Part shown: piece after piece, positions 1-16,718 of the stretch
How positions within the stretch are numbered: position 1 is the stretch's first letter
How the letters are laid out: every line of letters starts with the position of its first letter
DNA from: Eledone cirrhosa
Lineage: Eukaryota
Length of the DNA: 22,298 nucleotides
Direction of reading: 5' to 3'
Assembly (NCBI GenBank): GCA_964016885.1
Contig: CAXHJY010001231.1
Location: 1 to 22,298 of the forward strand
Notes under the pieces: model-generated
What the model saw: the letters and a program-made list of their open reading frames with translations, nothing else
What the model was told of the DNA's origin: nothing
The model's database searches: none
Made by a program: the position numbers and the translations under genes

Positions 1-1486
<1,486 letters not shown>

Positions 1487-1488
<2 letters not shown>

Positions 1489-1632
1489 AAAATATTAAAC
1501 AAATAATGAACAAACAATTCCTTATATTAAACAAAAAAAGTTCACTATTTAACGATCATAAATAGTGAACTTTTTTTTTTTTTTTTGTTTAATATAAGGA
1601 ATTGTTTGTTCATTATTTGTTTAATATTTTAT
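1487..1632. repeat. Near-perfect inverted repeat (fold-back hairpin), ~65-bp arms, 7-nt loop
   Basis: 1487-1551 is the reverse complement of 1559-1632 except A7 versus T16; loop ACGATCA at 1552-1558. Confidence 0.95.
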
Positions 1633-1763
1633 CTTGACTCTGTATACCGTTTATCTTTCACCGAAATTGGATTTTCATTACATCTCTTCTTTCCATGATA
1701 TCCGGAATACATTGAGTTCTTCATACGGATTGGACACTACCGTAAACTCTTGGTAGATTTATC

Positions 1764-2891
<1,128 letters not shown>

Positions 2892-3106
2892 TTTCGTTTC
2901 TGAATTTGTTTAGCAAGATTCTTTATCTGAAATCATGTGTTGAAACCGATATTGTTATACTTTGGGAGGGTCATGTTGCCAATAAGAAACACACGCACCA
3001 GTTGCTTTCACTTCAATTTATTATATATTTATAAATTTACAAATCTACAAACTTATAAATTTCTGGTTGGTTGGTTGGTTCCACAACCAGATAGTTGTTT
3101 ATATAT

Positions 3107-3151
3107 AGTCATAGTCCTTTCGTCACACACTCTGTGACCTCTTCAGTGACT
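3107..3151 (-). ncRNA. Variant minimal type I hammerhead ribozyme in the inverted Penelope arm
   Basis: Reverse complement of 5799-5843. Confidence 0.6.
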
Positions 3152-3312
3152 GGGGATTCCTTTCTTTGTTTCTGTGCCTTTCCTTTCTTCTATCCTACGC
3201 CATTTTGTTTCTGTGTGTGTGTTGTGTGCTCAGTTTGCGCATGCGCCACATCCGGGTGTCTGTGTGTGTTTGTGTTCATTTATCTATTTGTTTATTTATT
3301 TATTGTTGGTTG

Positions 3313-3529
3313 GTTGTTTGTTCTATGTGTGTGTGTGTTTTCATTTTGTCCTGTGTGTGTTTTCATTTTGTCCTTAATTGTAAGTTGTTTGTTCTATATG
3401 TGTGTGTGTTTTCATTTTGTCCTGTGTGTGTTTTCATTTTGTCCTTAATTGTAAGTTGTTTGTTCTATGTGTGTGTGTGTTTTCATTTTGTCCTGTGTGT
3501 GTTTTCATTTTGTCCTTAATTGTAAGTTG
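3313..3529. repeat. Three tandem 71-bp units, each with an internal 22-bp duplication (left arm only)
   Basis: TTAATTGTAAGTTG recurs at 3374, 3445 and 3516; TGTGTGTGTTTTCATTTTGTCC is doubled in each unit; only one copy in the right arm. Confidence 0.9.
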
Positions 3530-4085
3530 TGATGTTGCTGTTCCACTCATATTTTCTATTTAATTTTGGTTGTAATTCTTTTATGCTTACTGCCTCTGTA
3601 ATTTGCCTAAACATTGCATCTTTTCTGTGTGTGGATTCTATTTTTATTTCTATGTTCTCTAATCTACCCCTGTGTTCTATCTTAGCATGTTGGTAGAGCA
3701 CAGATGATTCTTTATTATCTTGAAGGTCTCGCCAGTGTTCATTTATTCGTTCCCCTATACTACGAGCTGTCTCACCTATGTACACTATATTTTTGTTTCT
3801 ACATTGTCCTTCAGTACATCTTATGCTATACACTACATTTCTAGTTTTACAGTTAATATGGGGGCTTATTTTACAGGTTATACATTTCTTATCTATACAT
3901 GAGGGTCTTTGGAACGGGTATGTCTTGCTAATAAGTGTTTTTACGGAGGTACCTGGTCTTTCTACTATCCATCTATTGACGTGGATTTTGCTGTGGAGAA
4001 ATGCGTAGAAATGATCAGCGAGAGCAAGGTTGAGTTCCGTGGGATTGATACCAGTGAGCTTGGACTTCAACTTAAGCTTACCCAT
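3516..4085 (-). pseudogene. Chimeric ORF: antisense-RT-derived N-terminus fused to the duplicated Cys linker + GIY-YIG endonuclease
   Basis: From IVERPG onward it matches the C-terminus of ORF 4379..5590 except one G/S change; junction at ~3969. Confidence 0.75.
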
Positions 4086-5590
4086 AGTAATAGTTACCTA
4101 GACACTTATGACCTTAGCAACCTGTGCCCTACAAGACCAGCAAGAGGCAGACCACCTACCATTACCTCAATGGCCAAGAAAACCCACACAGATAGATGGA
4201 ACGGGTGGACCAGAGCCATACGGACACCCGAAAACCACGATGAACTGAAGAAAATGATTGCACATGCGGTAGGGGCCAGCATAAAATTAACCCTTAAGGA
4301 ACATATGTTCAAATTTAATGGTAAGAGGAAGGAGCAGCCATTGGTGTTAGCATTGCAGGCGACATAGCTAACTTATTCATGGTATGGTGGGACAGTAGAC
4401 TTAAACAAAAACTTAAAGAACAATTAGAAGACAGCTTAACCCTGATAATGTACTCCCGCTACGTAGATGATATAAACATCGTAGTTAAGACACCCCCACT
4501 AAAGAACAGTCAGGAACTAGAAAAAAACACAATGGAAAGCATCCAGCAAATAGCAAACTCCATCCACCAGAGCATTAGAGTTACTATAGACTACCCAAGT
4601 AGACACCCCAACCATCGATTACCTGTACTAGACACAGAGCTCTGGTTAGATACCATTAACAACCAAAAACAAATCCTCCATTCCCATTATGCCAAACCCA
4701 TGACTTCCAAACATCTGATCCACCGAAACTCGGCCATTTCGGACCATACCAAAATCAACATACTGATTGCGGATTTGGTACGGGTGATGAGAAATGTGTC
4801 CCGCATGTGCAACCCCGAAGAACTAGAGAGACACATACAACACTTCATCCACCGTATGCAGTTCTCTGGCTACAATCAGAGAGATAGAATCAGAGTGTAT
4901 AAAGAAGCCAGAACCAAATGGGAAAAAATGGTAAATAATGACATAAATGGGACCTGCCCCTTGTATAGGAGCAAATTTTGGAATAGAATAGAAAGAACTA
5001 GGAACAAGGCCAATAGAATAAACTCATGGTATGATAGCAATAAATACCAGAGTGTAATGTTCATCAATACAACCCCTAGAGGCGAACTAGCCTACAAATT
5101 TAGAAGGGCCCTAAATAAACATAAACTCAATATTAAGATAGTAGAAAGACCAGGTACCTCCGTAAAAACACTTATTGGCAAGACATACCCGTTCCAAAGA
5201 CCCTCATGTATAGATAAGAAATGTATAACCTGTAAAATAAGCCCCCATATTAACTGTAAAACTAGAAATGTAGTGTATAGCATAAGATGTACTGAAGGAC
5301 AATGTAGAAACAAAAATATAGTGTACATAGGTGAGACAGCTCGTAGTATAGGGGAACGAATAAATGAACACTGGCGAGACCTTCAAGATAATAAAGAATC
5401 ATCTGTGCTCTACCAACATGCTAAGATAGAACACAGGGGTAGATTAGAGAACATAGAAATAAAAATAGAATCCACACACAGAAAAGATGCAATGTTTAGG
5501 CAAATTACAGAGGCAGTAAGCATAAAAGAATTACAACCAAAATTAAATAGAAAATATGAGTGGAACAGCAACATCACAACTTACAATTAA
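3966..5590 (+). pseudogene. Penelope-like RT + GIY-YIG polyprotein, 5'-truncated, with a frameshift at ~4323-4325
   Basis: One frame gives YPSIDVDFAVE...HMFKFNG, then a second frame gives EEGAAIGVSIAGDIANLFMVWWD...YVDD...CIDKKCITC...C.TRNVVY...YIGETARS; stop at 5588-5590. Confidence 0.9.
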
Positions 5591-5798
5591 GGACAAAATG
5601 AAAACACACACACACATAGAACAAACAACCAACCAACAATAAATAAATAAATAAATAAACAAATAGATAAATGAACACAAACACACACAGACACCTGGAT
5701 GTGGCGCATGCGCAAACTGAGCACACAACACACACACAGAAACAAAATGGCGTAGGATAGAAGAAAGGAAAGGCACAGAAACAAAGAAAGGAATCCCC

Positions 5799-5843
5799 AG
5801 TCACTGAAGAGGTCACAGAGTGTGTGACGAAAGGACTATGACT
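5799..5843 (+). ncRNA. Variant minimal type I hammerhead ribozyme in the Penelope 3' UTR
   Basis: AGTCA-CTGAAGA-G-GTCACA gagtg TGTGAC-GAAA-G ga C-TA-TGACT: stem I AGTCA/TGACT, 6-bp stem II, minimal stem III, CUA triplet, one extra G after A9. Confidence 0.6.
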
Positions 5844-6007
5844 ATATATAAACAACTATCTGGTTGTGGAACCAACCAACCAACCAGAAATTTATAAGTT
5901 TGTAGATTTGTAAATTTATAAATTTATAAATATATAATAAATTGAAGTGAAAGCAACTGGTGCGTGTGTTTCTTATTGGCAACATGACCCTCCCAAAGTA
6001 TAACAAT

Positions 6008-6159
6008 ATATATATATACATATATATATACATATATATATATATACATACATATATATATATATACATATATATACATATATATATATACATATATATA
6101 TATACATATACATATATATACATATATATATATACATATATATATATACATATACATAT

Positions 6160-6204
<45 letters not shown>

Positions 6205-6241
6205 CATATATATATATACATATACATATATATATATACAT

Positions 6242-6286
<45 letters not shown>

Positions 6287-6323
6287 CATATATATATATA
6301 CATATACATATATATATATACAT

Positions 6324-6371
<48 letters not shown>

Positions 6372-6446
6372 ATATACATATACATATATATATATACATA
6401 TACATATATATATATACATATACATATATATATATATATATACATA
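6008..6446. repeat. Interrupted (TA)n microsatellite with TACATA variants
   Basis: Direct reading. Confidence 0.97.
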
Positions 6447-6500
6447 CGTGGGAAAGTAAAAAATCGGAGAATAGACCGTTAAAACATGTTTATTTAAAAT

Positions 6501-6719
6501 ATTGCTGTTCGTATGCAGGCATCATACAGCCTGCCTTTCATTTTTAGGGAGAACCCTTTAGCGGCTAATAGTGGTATAAGCTCTCTGAACTTTTTCCATC
6601 CAGTTCTGACTCTAGCGACTGTACTTTCAGAGCACCCTCCCCCACTGCTGATTTTGTCACCCAGGTAACGGAAGCTGTCCACTATTTCTATACAGCCCTC
6701 TGCGCAATTGAAAGAGCTA

Positions 6720-6722
<3 letters not shown>
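6501..6722 (-). mobile_element. Internal fragment of the RTE LINE (RT C-terminal region), truncated at both ends and more diverged
   Basis: Encodes [22 protein letters not shown]...CIRTA, matching ~19367-19588 of the full-length copy. Confidence 0.9.
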
Positions 6723-11311
<4,589 letters not shown>

Positions 11312-11389
11312 ATCATCATCATCATCATCAGGTTTAGCGGCCGTGTTCCACGCTTGCAGGGGTTTTGACGGGGTTTTCCCACTTGAGGC
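11312..11389 (-). mobile_element. Very short, diverged 3'-terminal RTE fragment (~60 bp plus (GAT)n tail)
   Basis: (ATC)n followed by CCGTGTTCCACGCTTGCA...CCCACTTGAGGC, matching the LINE 3' end with several mismatches. Confidence 0.85.
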
Positions 11390-11549
11390 TATACACATAT
11401 ATATACGTATATATATATACATATATACATATACATATATATACGTATATATATATACATATACACATATATATACGTATATATATATACATACATATAT
11501 ATATACATACATATATATATACATACATATATATATACATATATATATA
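11390..11549. repeat. Interrupted (TA)n microsatellite
   Basis: Direct reading. Confidence 0.95.
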
Positions 11550-13364
11550 CATCATCATCATCATCATCAACGTTTAACGTCCGTGTTCCACGCTTGCATG
11601 GGTTTGGACGGGGGTAGTCCCATTTGAGGCAAGAGTGATTGTCTTGCTCGCATAGGACTGTCTGGCAGGTTTTCTACAGTTGGATGCCCTTCCTAACACC
11701 AACCACATTTACAGTGTGGGTTTGGGAGGTTTTTACCGTGTTGCCTACACGGCCACATTACAGCGTGGACTGTGTGTTTTTTTGTCGTGACACCTACAGG
11801 ATCTCATTTGTTTCGGCCTGGATGGTGTGGCACCAACATAACTTTACATAGAACGGGGTGGTGTGGATGGGGTGGGGGTGGCGGGACGGGGGGGGGGTTA
11901 ATTTATTAGAGATGCCTACTGGCTGTAGTAGGTTTTACTATGTATTTAGGTAAGGCGGGTCTTCTCTGTTACTGAGTACCGCCAAAGGTCTCGGTCCAGT
12001 GACATTGTCTTGGAGAGGTGTAAGTCTGTGATGTCGGAGTTTATCAGCTCGTCCCAGGTTTTTCTAGGTCTGCCTATTCCGTGACTACCGTCTATCTTTA
12101 TTGCCCTGCACTTTGTTATACAGCTATCGACTTTCATGCGCATCACGTGTCCATACCAACGTAGCCTTCTCTCGAGTAAACAACATCTGATCCCTCTTAT
12201 CTCTAATTTTTTCCTTAGTTCGTTTATGCTTTGCCGTTCACGTATATTACTGTTACACATCCAGCGGAGCATGCAAGCTTCGTTCCTCTCTAGTCTGCGT
12301 ATATCCTCTGCACACAATGCCCAGGTCTCACTGCCATGCAGCATTGCTGTTCGTATGCAGGCATCGTACAACCTGCCTTTCATTTTTAGGGAGAACCCTT
12401 TAGCAGCTAATAGTGGTATAAGCTCTCTGAACTTTTTACAACCAGTTCTGACTCTAGCTACAGTACTTTCAGAGCACCCTCCCCCACTGCTGATTTTATC
12501 GCCCAGGTAACGGAAGCTGTCCACTATTTCTATAGAACCCTCTGCGCAATTGAAAGAGCTAGTATTTTGTGGGCACTTGCTGCTACTTATTGCACCAGAA
12601 CACCGGCCACATGTAAAATCTATGTTCTTAGTTAGCTTACCTGTGATCCCACTACATCTTTTATGCACCCATACTTTGCATTTAGGACATAAAATGGAGT
12701 TTCTACCTACGCCTTTCCTACACACCGAGCACGACCATTTCCCAGAAGGGACCGCCGCCTTGTTTTCTTTCCTACAAACTAGTACTTTGGTCTTAGCCAG
12801 GTTAATTTTAAGTCCTTTTGACTCTAGGCCGTGCTTCCATGTTTGGAATTTCTTCTCTAGCTCGGCCATTGATTCCGCTATGAGTGTCAGGTCGTCTGCG
12901 TATAGGAGTTCCCATGGGCAGCCTGTCTTGAACTCCTCTGTTATAGCCTGAAGGGCAATAATAAATAGTAGGGGGCTGAGAACAGAGCCCTGATGGACGC
13001 CAACTTTTACGCTAAACTCTTCACTATATTCGTTGTTAATTCTAACCTTGCTGACTGTTTCTTTATACATGGCTTGTATAGCCCTCACAAGCCATTCGTC
13101 AACGCCTAGTTTTCTAAGAGCCCACCAGATAATGGAGCGGGGGACTCTGTCGAAGGCTTTCTCCAAGTCGACAAAAGCTAAGTAGAGGGGTTTACCTTTA
13201 GCTAGGTACTTCTCCTGTAGTTGTCGTACTATGAAAAGAGCGTCTGTGGTACTTTTGCCTGACACAAACCCGAACTGCATTTCATCTAGGTCAATTCTCT
13301 CTCTGATTAGTTGCGCTATTACTTTTTCCGTGACCTTCATGACCTGGTCGATTAATTTAATGCC

Positions 13365-13365
<1 letters not shown>
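11550..13365 (-). mobile_element. 5'-truncated RTE LINE copy (long-3'-end subfamily) containing most of the RT
   Basis: GIKLIDQ...YADD...KTRLT* (stop at 11946), 3' UTR and (ATC)n tail; corresponds to 18566 onward; W->C change in RTGCKK. Confidence 0.96.
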
Positions 13366-13446
<81 letters not shown>

Positions 13447-13452
13447 TATACA

Positions 13453-13512
<60 letters not shown>

Positions 13513-13523
13513 CATATATATAC

Positions 13524-13568
<45 letters not shown>
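13366..13568. repeat. Interrupted (TA)n microsatellite
   Basis: Direct reading. Confidence 0.95.
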
Positions 13569-13572
<4 letters not shown>

Positions 13573-13594
13573 CAGAGAAGCCGGAAGATGGGTA

Positions 13595-13639
13595 AATATT
13601 GCTGATGAGATGTAATAACATCGAAACTAGTCCAATATT
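13595..13639 (+). ncRNA. Minimal type I hammerhead ribozyme (unit 1)
   Basis: AATATTG-CTGATGA-GATGT aata ACATC-GAAAC ta GTC-CAATATT: 7-bp stem I, intact core, 5-bp stem II, palindromic ACTAGT stem/loop III, predicted cut after C13632. Confidence 0.9.
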
Positions 13640-14063
13640 CCTGTCTGGCCCTCTGGAGAATAGAGGAAATGTGTTTCCTTGAAAACTCGTATGACTCTAA
13701 AACCCGGTCCGCCTGTGTGGTTACATACAGACTAGCTGACACTCACTGTAAAGTGTCTAGTGAAAAGCTGAGTACATGTACATATGTATACATGTGTGTA
13801 TTTATATGCATACTAATACTTCCGTATACATATGTAGATGTACACTTTAACTTAATTGTTTAAGCGTCAGTCATACAAAAGTGAGTTAGAAGCGAAACGA
13901 AATTTAATTTCGTTTCGTTATTTGTTTTTATCGTTTCCGCTGAACCGGTGCGTACAATGACTCACGTTCTATGCAAATTAGTCTACCCACTACTAATTTT
14001 CATAGAAAAAGCATATAACGATATGTGCTTTTACAATTCTCCAGAGAAGCCGGAAGATGGGTA

Positions 14064-14108
14064 AATATTGCTGATGAGATGTAATAACATCGAAACTAGT
14101 CCAATATT
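14064..14108 (+). ncRNA. Minimal type I hammerhead ribozyme (unit 2)
   Basis: Identical to 13595-13639. Confidence 0.9.
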
Positions 14109-14532
14109 CCTGTCTGGCCCTCTAGAGAATAGAGGAAATGTGTTTCCTTGAAAACTCGTATGACTCTAAAACCCGGTCCGCCTGTGTGGTTACATACAGA
14201 CTAGCTGACACTCACTGTAAAGTGTCTAGTGAAAAGCTGAGTACATGTACATATGTATACATGTGTGTATTTATATGCATACTAATACTTCCGTATACAT
14301 ATGTAGATGTACACTTTAACTTAATTGTTTAAGCGTCAGTCATACAAAAGTGAGTTAGAAGCGAAACGAAATTTAATTTCGTTTCGTTATTTGTTTTTAT
14401 CGTTTCCGCTGAACCGGTGCGTACAATGACTCACGTTCTATGCAAATTAGTCTACCCACTACTAATTTTCATAGAAAAAGCATATAACGATATGTGCTTT
14501 TACAATTCTCCAGAGAAGCCGGAAGATGGGTA

Positions 14533-14577
14533 AATATTGCTGATGAGATGTAATAACATCGAAACTAGTCCAATATT
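14533..14577 (+). ncRNA. Minimal type I hammerhead ribozyme (unit 3)
   Basis: Identical to 13595-13639. Confidence 0.9.
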
Positions 14578-15001
14578 CCTGTCTGGCCCTCTGGAGAATA
14601 GAGGAAATGTGTTTCCTTGAAAACTCGTATGACTCTAAAACCCGGTCCGCCTGTGTGGTTACATACAGACTAGCTGACACTCACTGTAAAGTGTCTAGTG
14701 AAAAGCTGAGTACATGTACATATGTATACATGTGTGTATTTATATGCATACTAATACTTCCGTATACATATGTAGATGTACACTTTAACTTAATTGTTTA
14801 AGCGTCAGTCATACAAAAGTGAGTTAGAAGCGAAACGAAATTTAATTTCGTTTCGTTATTTGTTTTTATCGTTTCCGCTGAACCGGTGCGTACAATGACT
14901 CACGTTCTATGCAAATTAGTCTACCCACTACTAATTTTCATAGAAAAAGCATATAACGATATGTGCTTTTACAATTCTCCAGAGAAGCCGGAAGATGGGT
15001 A

Positions 15002-15046
15002 AATATTGCTGATGAGATGTAATAACATCGAAACTAGTCCAATATT
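15002..15046 (+). ncRNA. Minimal type I hammerhead ribozyme (unit 4)
   Basis: Identical to 13595-13639. Confidence 0.9.
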
Positions 15047-15470
15047 CCTGTCTGGCCCTCTGGAGAATAGAGGAAATGTGTTTCCTTGAAAACTCGTATG
15101 ACTCTAAAACCCGGTCCGCCTGTGTGGTTACATACAGACTAGCTGACACTCACTGTAAAGTGTCTAGTGAAAAGCTGAGTACATGTACATATGTATACAT
15201 GTGTGTATTTATATGCATACTAATACTTCCGTATACATATGTAGATGTACACTTTAACTTAATTGTTTAAGCGTCAGTCATACAAAAGTGAGTTAGAAGC
15301 GAAACGAAATTTAATTTCGTTTCGTTATTTGTTTTTATCGTTTCCGCTGAACCGGTGCGTACAATGACTCACGTTCTATGCAAATTAGTCTACCCACTAC
15401 TAATTTTCATAGAAAAAGCATATAACGATATGTGCTTTTACAATTCTCCAGAGAAGCCGGAAGATGGGTA

Positions 15471-15515
15471 AATATTGCTGATGAGATGTAATAACATCGA
15501 AACTAGTCCAATATT
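15471..15515 (+). ncRNA. Minimal type I hammerhead ribozyme (unit 5)
   Basis: Identical to 13595-13639. Confidence 0.9.
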
Positions 15516-15738
15516 CCTGTCTGGCCCTCTGGAGAATAGAGGAAATGTGTTTCCTTGAAAACTCGTATGACTCTAAAACCCGGTCCGCCTGTGTGGTTAC
15601 ATACAGACTAGCTGACACTCACTGTAAAGTGTCTAGTGAAAAGCTGAGTACATGTACATATGTATACATGTGTGTATTTATATGCATACTAATACTTCCG
15701 TATACATATGTAGATGTACACTTTAACTTAATTGTTTA

Positions 15739-15749
15739 TATATATATAC

Positions 15750-15812
<63 letters not shown>
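15739..15812. repeat. Short (TA)n microsatellite spacer
   Basis: Direct reading. Confidence 0.9.
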
Positions 15813-15813
<1 letters not shown>

Positions 15814-15943
15814 CGTTTTCGTCCAATTCCTTAATTCTATCGTATTCTCAAACAAAAAAACAAACATTCATAACCTTCTATCTTAATTCTATCGTTTTCG
15901 TCCAATTCCTTAATTCTATCGTATTCTCAAACAAAAAAACAAA
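15811..15943. repeat. 54-bp direct repeat (79-bp period) at the putative LINE 5' end
   Basis: 15811-15864 = 15890-15943. Confidence 0.9.
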
Positions 15944-16110
15944 ATCCTCCCCATTCTACTTATAAATTACTTTAAATATATATAGTATGCTACTTGAAAG
16001 TCAAAAATCCGATCCACCCCTTCACCCTCCTTGCTTCTCCACGAGGGGGCTGCGGTCAGCCACAATATCTCTCCCCCCCCCCTCTTTCTTCCCCTCTATC
16101 TCTCGCTTAG

Positions 16111-16155
<45 letters not shown>

Positions 16156-16397
16156 AGATAAGTTCTTCATGTTTATCCACTTCGCCAATCCACCGCTGCT
16201 TCAATTATTTCTATGATGGACTCATGTAAATCGTAAAGTACAATACTTCTCTCCATTTCCACGCTCAATTCCGTACATAGTCCAAACAAACATCCAATCT
16301 CGCAAAATCCGAAATCTGTATTTTTTTGTTATCTATTTAAGGTTTAAATACGGTGTTTTTGTCGTATTGAACAGAACAAATCTTGCAGTTTTGCTTT

Positions 16398-16534
16398 TTG
16401 TTAAATCGCTTGTTAAATCGCTTGTTAAACACTCATAACCTTCCAGCTAGCTAAAACATTCATAACCTCCCAGCTAGCTACCCCTCATAACCTCCCAGCT
16501 AGCTACCCCTCATAACCTCCCAGCTAGCTACCCC
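16398..16534. repeat. Short tandem repeats in the 5' UTR: TTGTTAAATCGC x~2.7 and TCATAACCTCCCAGCTAGCTA-type unit x4
   Basis: 12-mers at 16398, 16410, 16422; ~25-bp units at 16433, 16460, 16485, 16510. Confidence 0.9.
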
Positions 16535-16718
16535 ACACCCCTCCCTCCCACCCCCACACGCCACCATACTTAATACGTGGACCAATCATAAGCCAGAGCC
16601 CCCCCCCGCATCACCACCATTATTATAAGCCAGAGCCCCCCACACCCCCACGCATCACCATTATTATTATTACGCGGACCAAATCATAAGCCAGAGGCCT
16701 ATACTATCGCTTGCCCGG

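Larger units (their letters stand above)
2892..3969 (-). repeat. Inverted arm (pseudo-LTR-like) of the Penelope element: GIY-YIG coding end plus 3' UTR
   Basis: Reverse complement of 5137-6009 with few SNPs; extends ~57 bp further (2892-2948) than the right arm. Confidence 0.92.
2892..6009 (+). mobile_element. 5'-truncated Penelope-like retroelement (Neptune-like Cys linker) with an inverted copy of its 3' region at the 5' end
   Basis: RT motifs YPSID, GAAIG..IA, YVDD, LPVLD followed by GIY-YIG (NVVY..YIGET.R...R..EH); ~2950-3969 is the reverse complement of 5137-6009; both ends abut (TA)n. Confidence 0.92.
13569..15738 (+). mobile_element. 469-bp tandem array (~4.6 units) with one hammerhead per unit; candidate retrozyme
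   Basis: Units start at 13569, 14038, 14507, 14976 and 15445; the only difference noticed is G->A at 14124; flanked by (TA)n; no credible ORF. Confidence 0.88.

Noticed and set aside
11946-13742. 598-aa ORF apparently fusing array-derived sequence, YI repeats and RT
   Set aside because: Chance read-through from the antisense 469-bp unit across (TA)n into a truncated LINE; not a real gene
13569-15738. CRISPR-like array, or a second hammerhead on the - strand
   Set aside because: Units are fully identical with no spacers in a eukaryotic context; no CUGANGA...GAAA in the correct order on the - strand
13669-15886. Repeated 64-aa (+) and 72-aa (-) ORFs in the 469-bp units
   Set aside because: Short, no recognisable motifs; the single variant at 14124 breaks the - strand ORF; RNA structure explains the sequence better
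16030-16070. Possible HDV-like ribozyme in the RTE 5' region (TTCTCCACGAGGGG resembles P3/L3)
   Set aside because: Could not find matching P1 and P2 pairings by eye; would need a descriptor-based search
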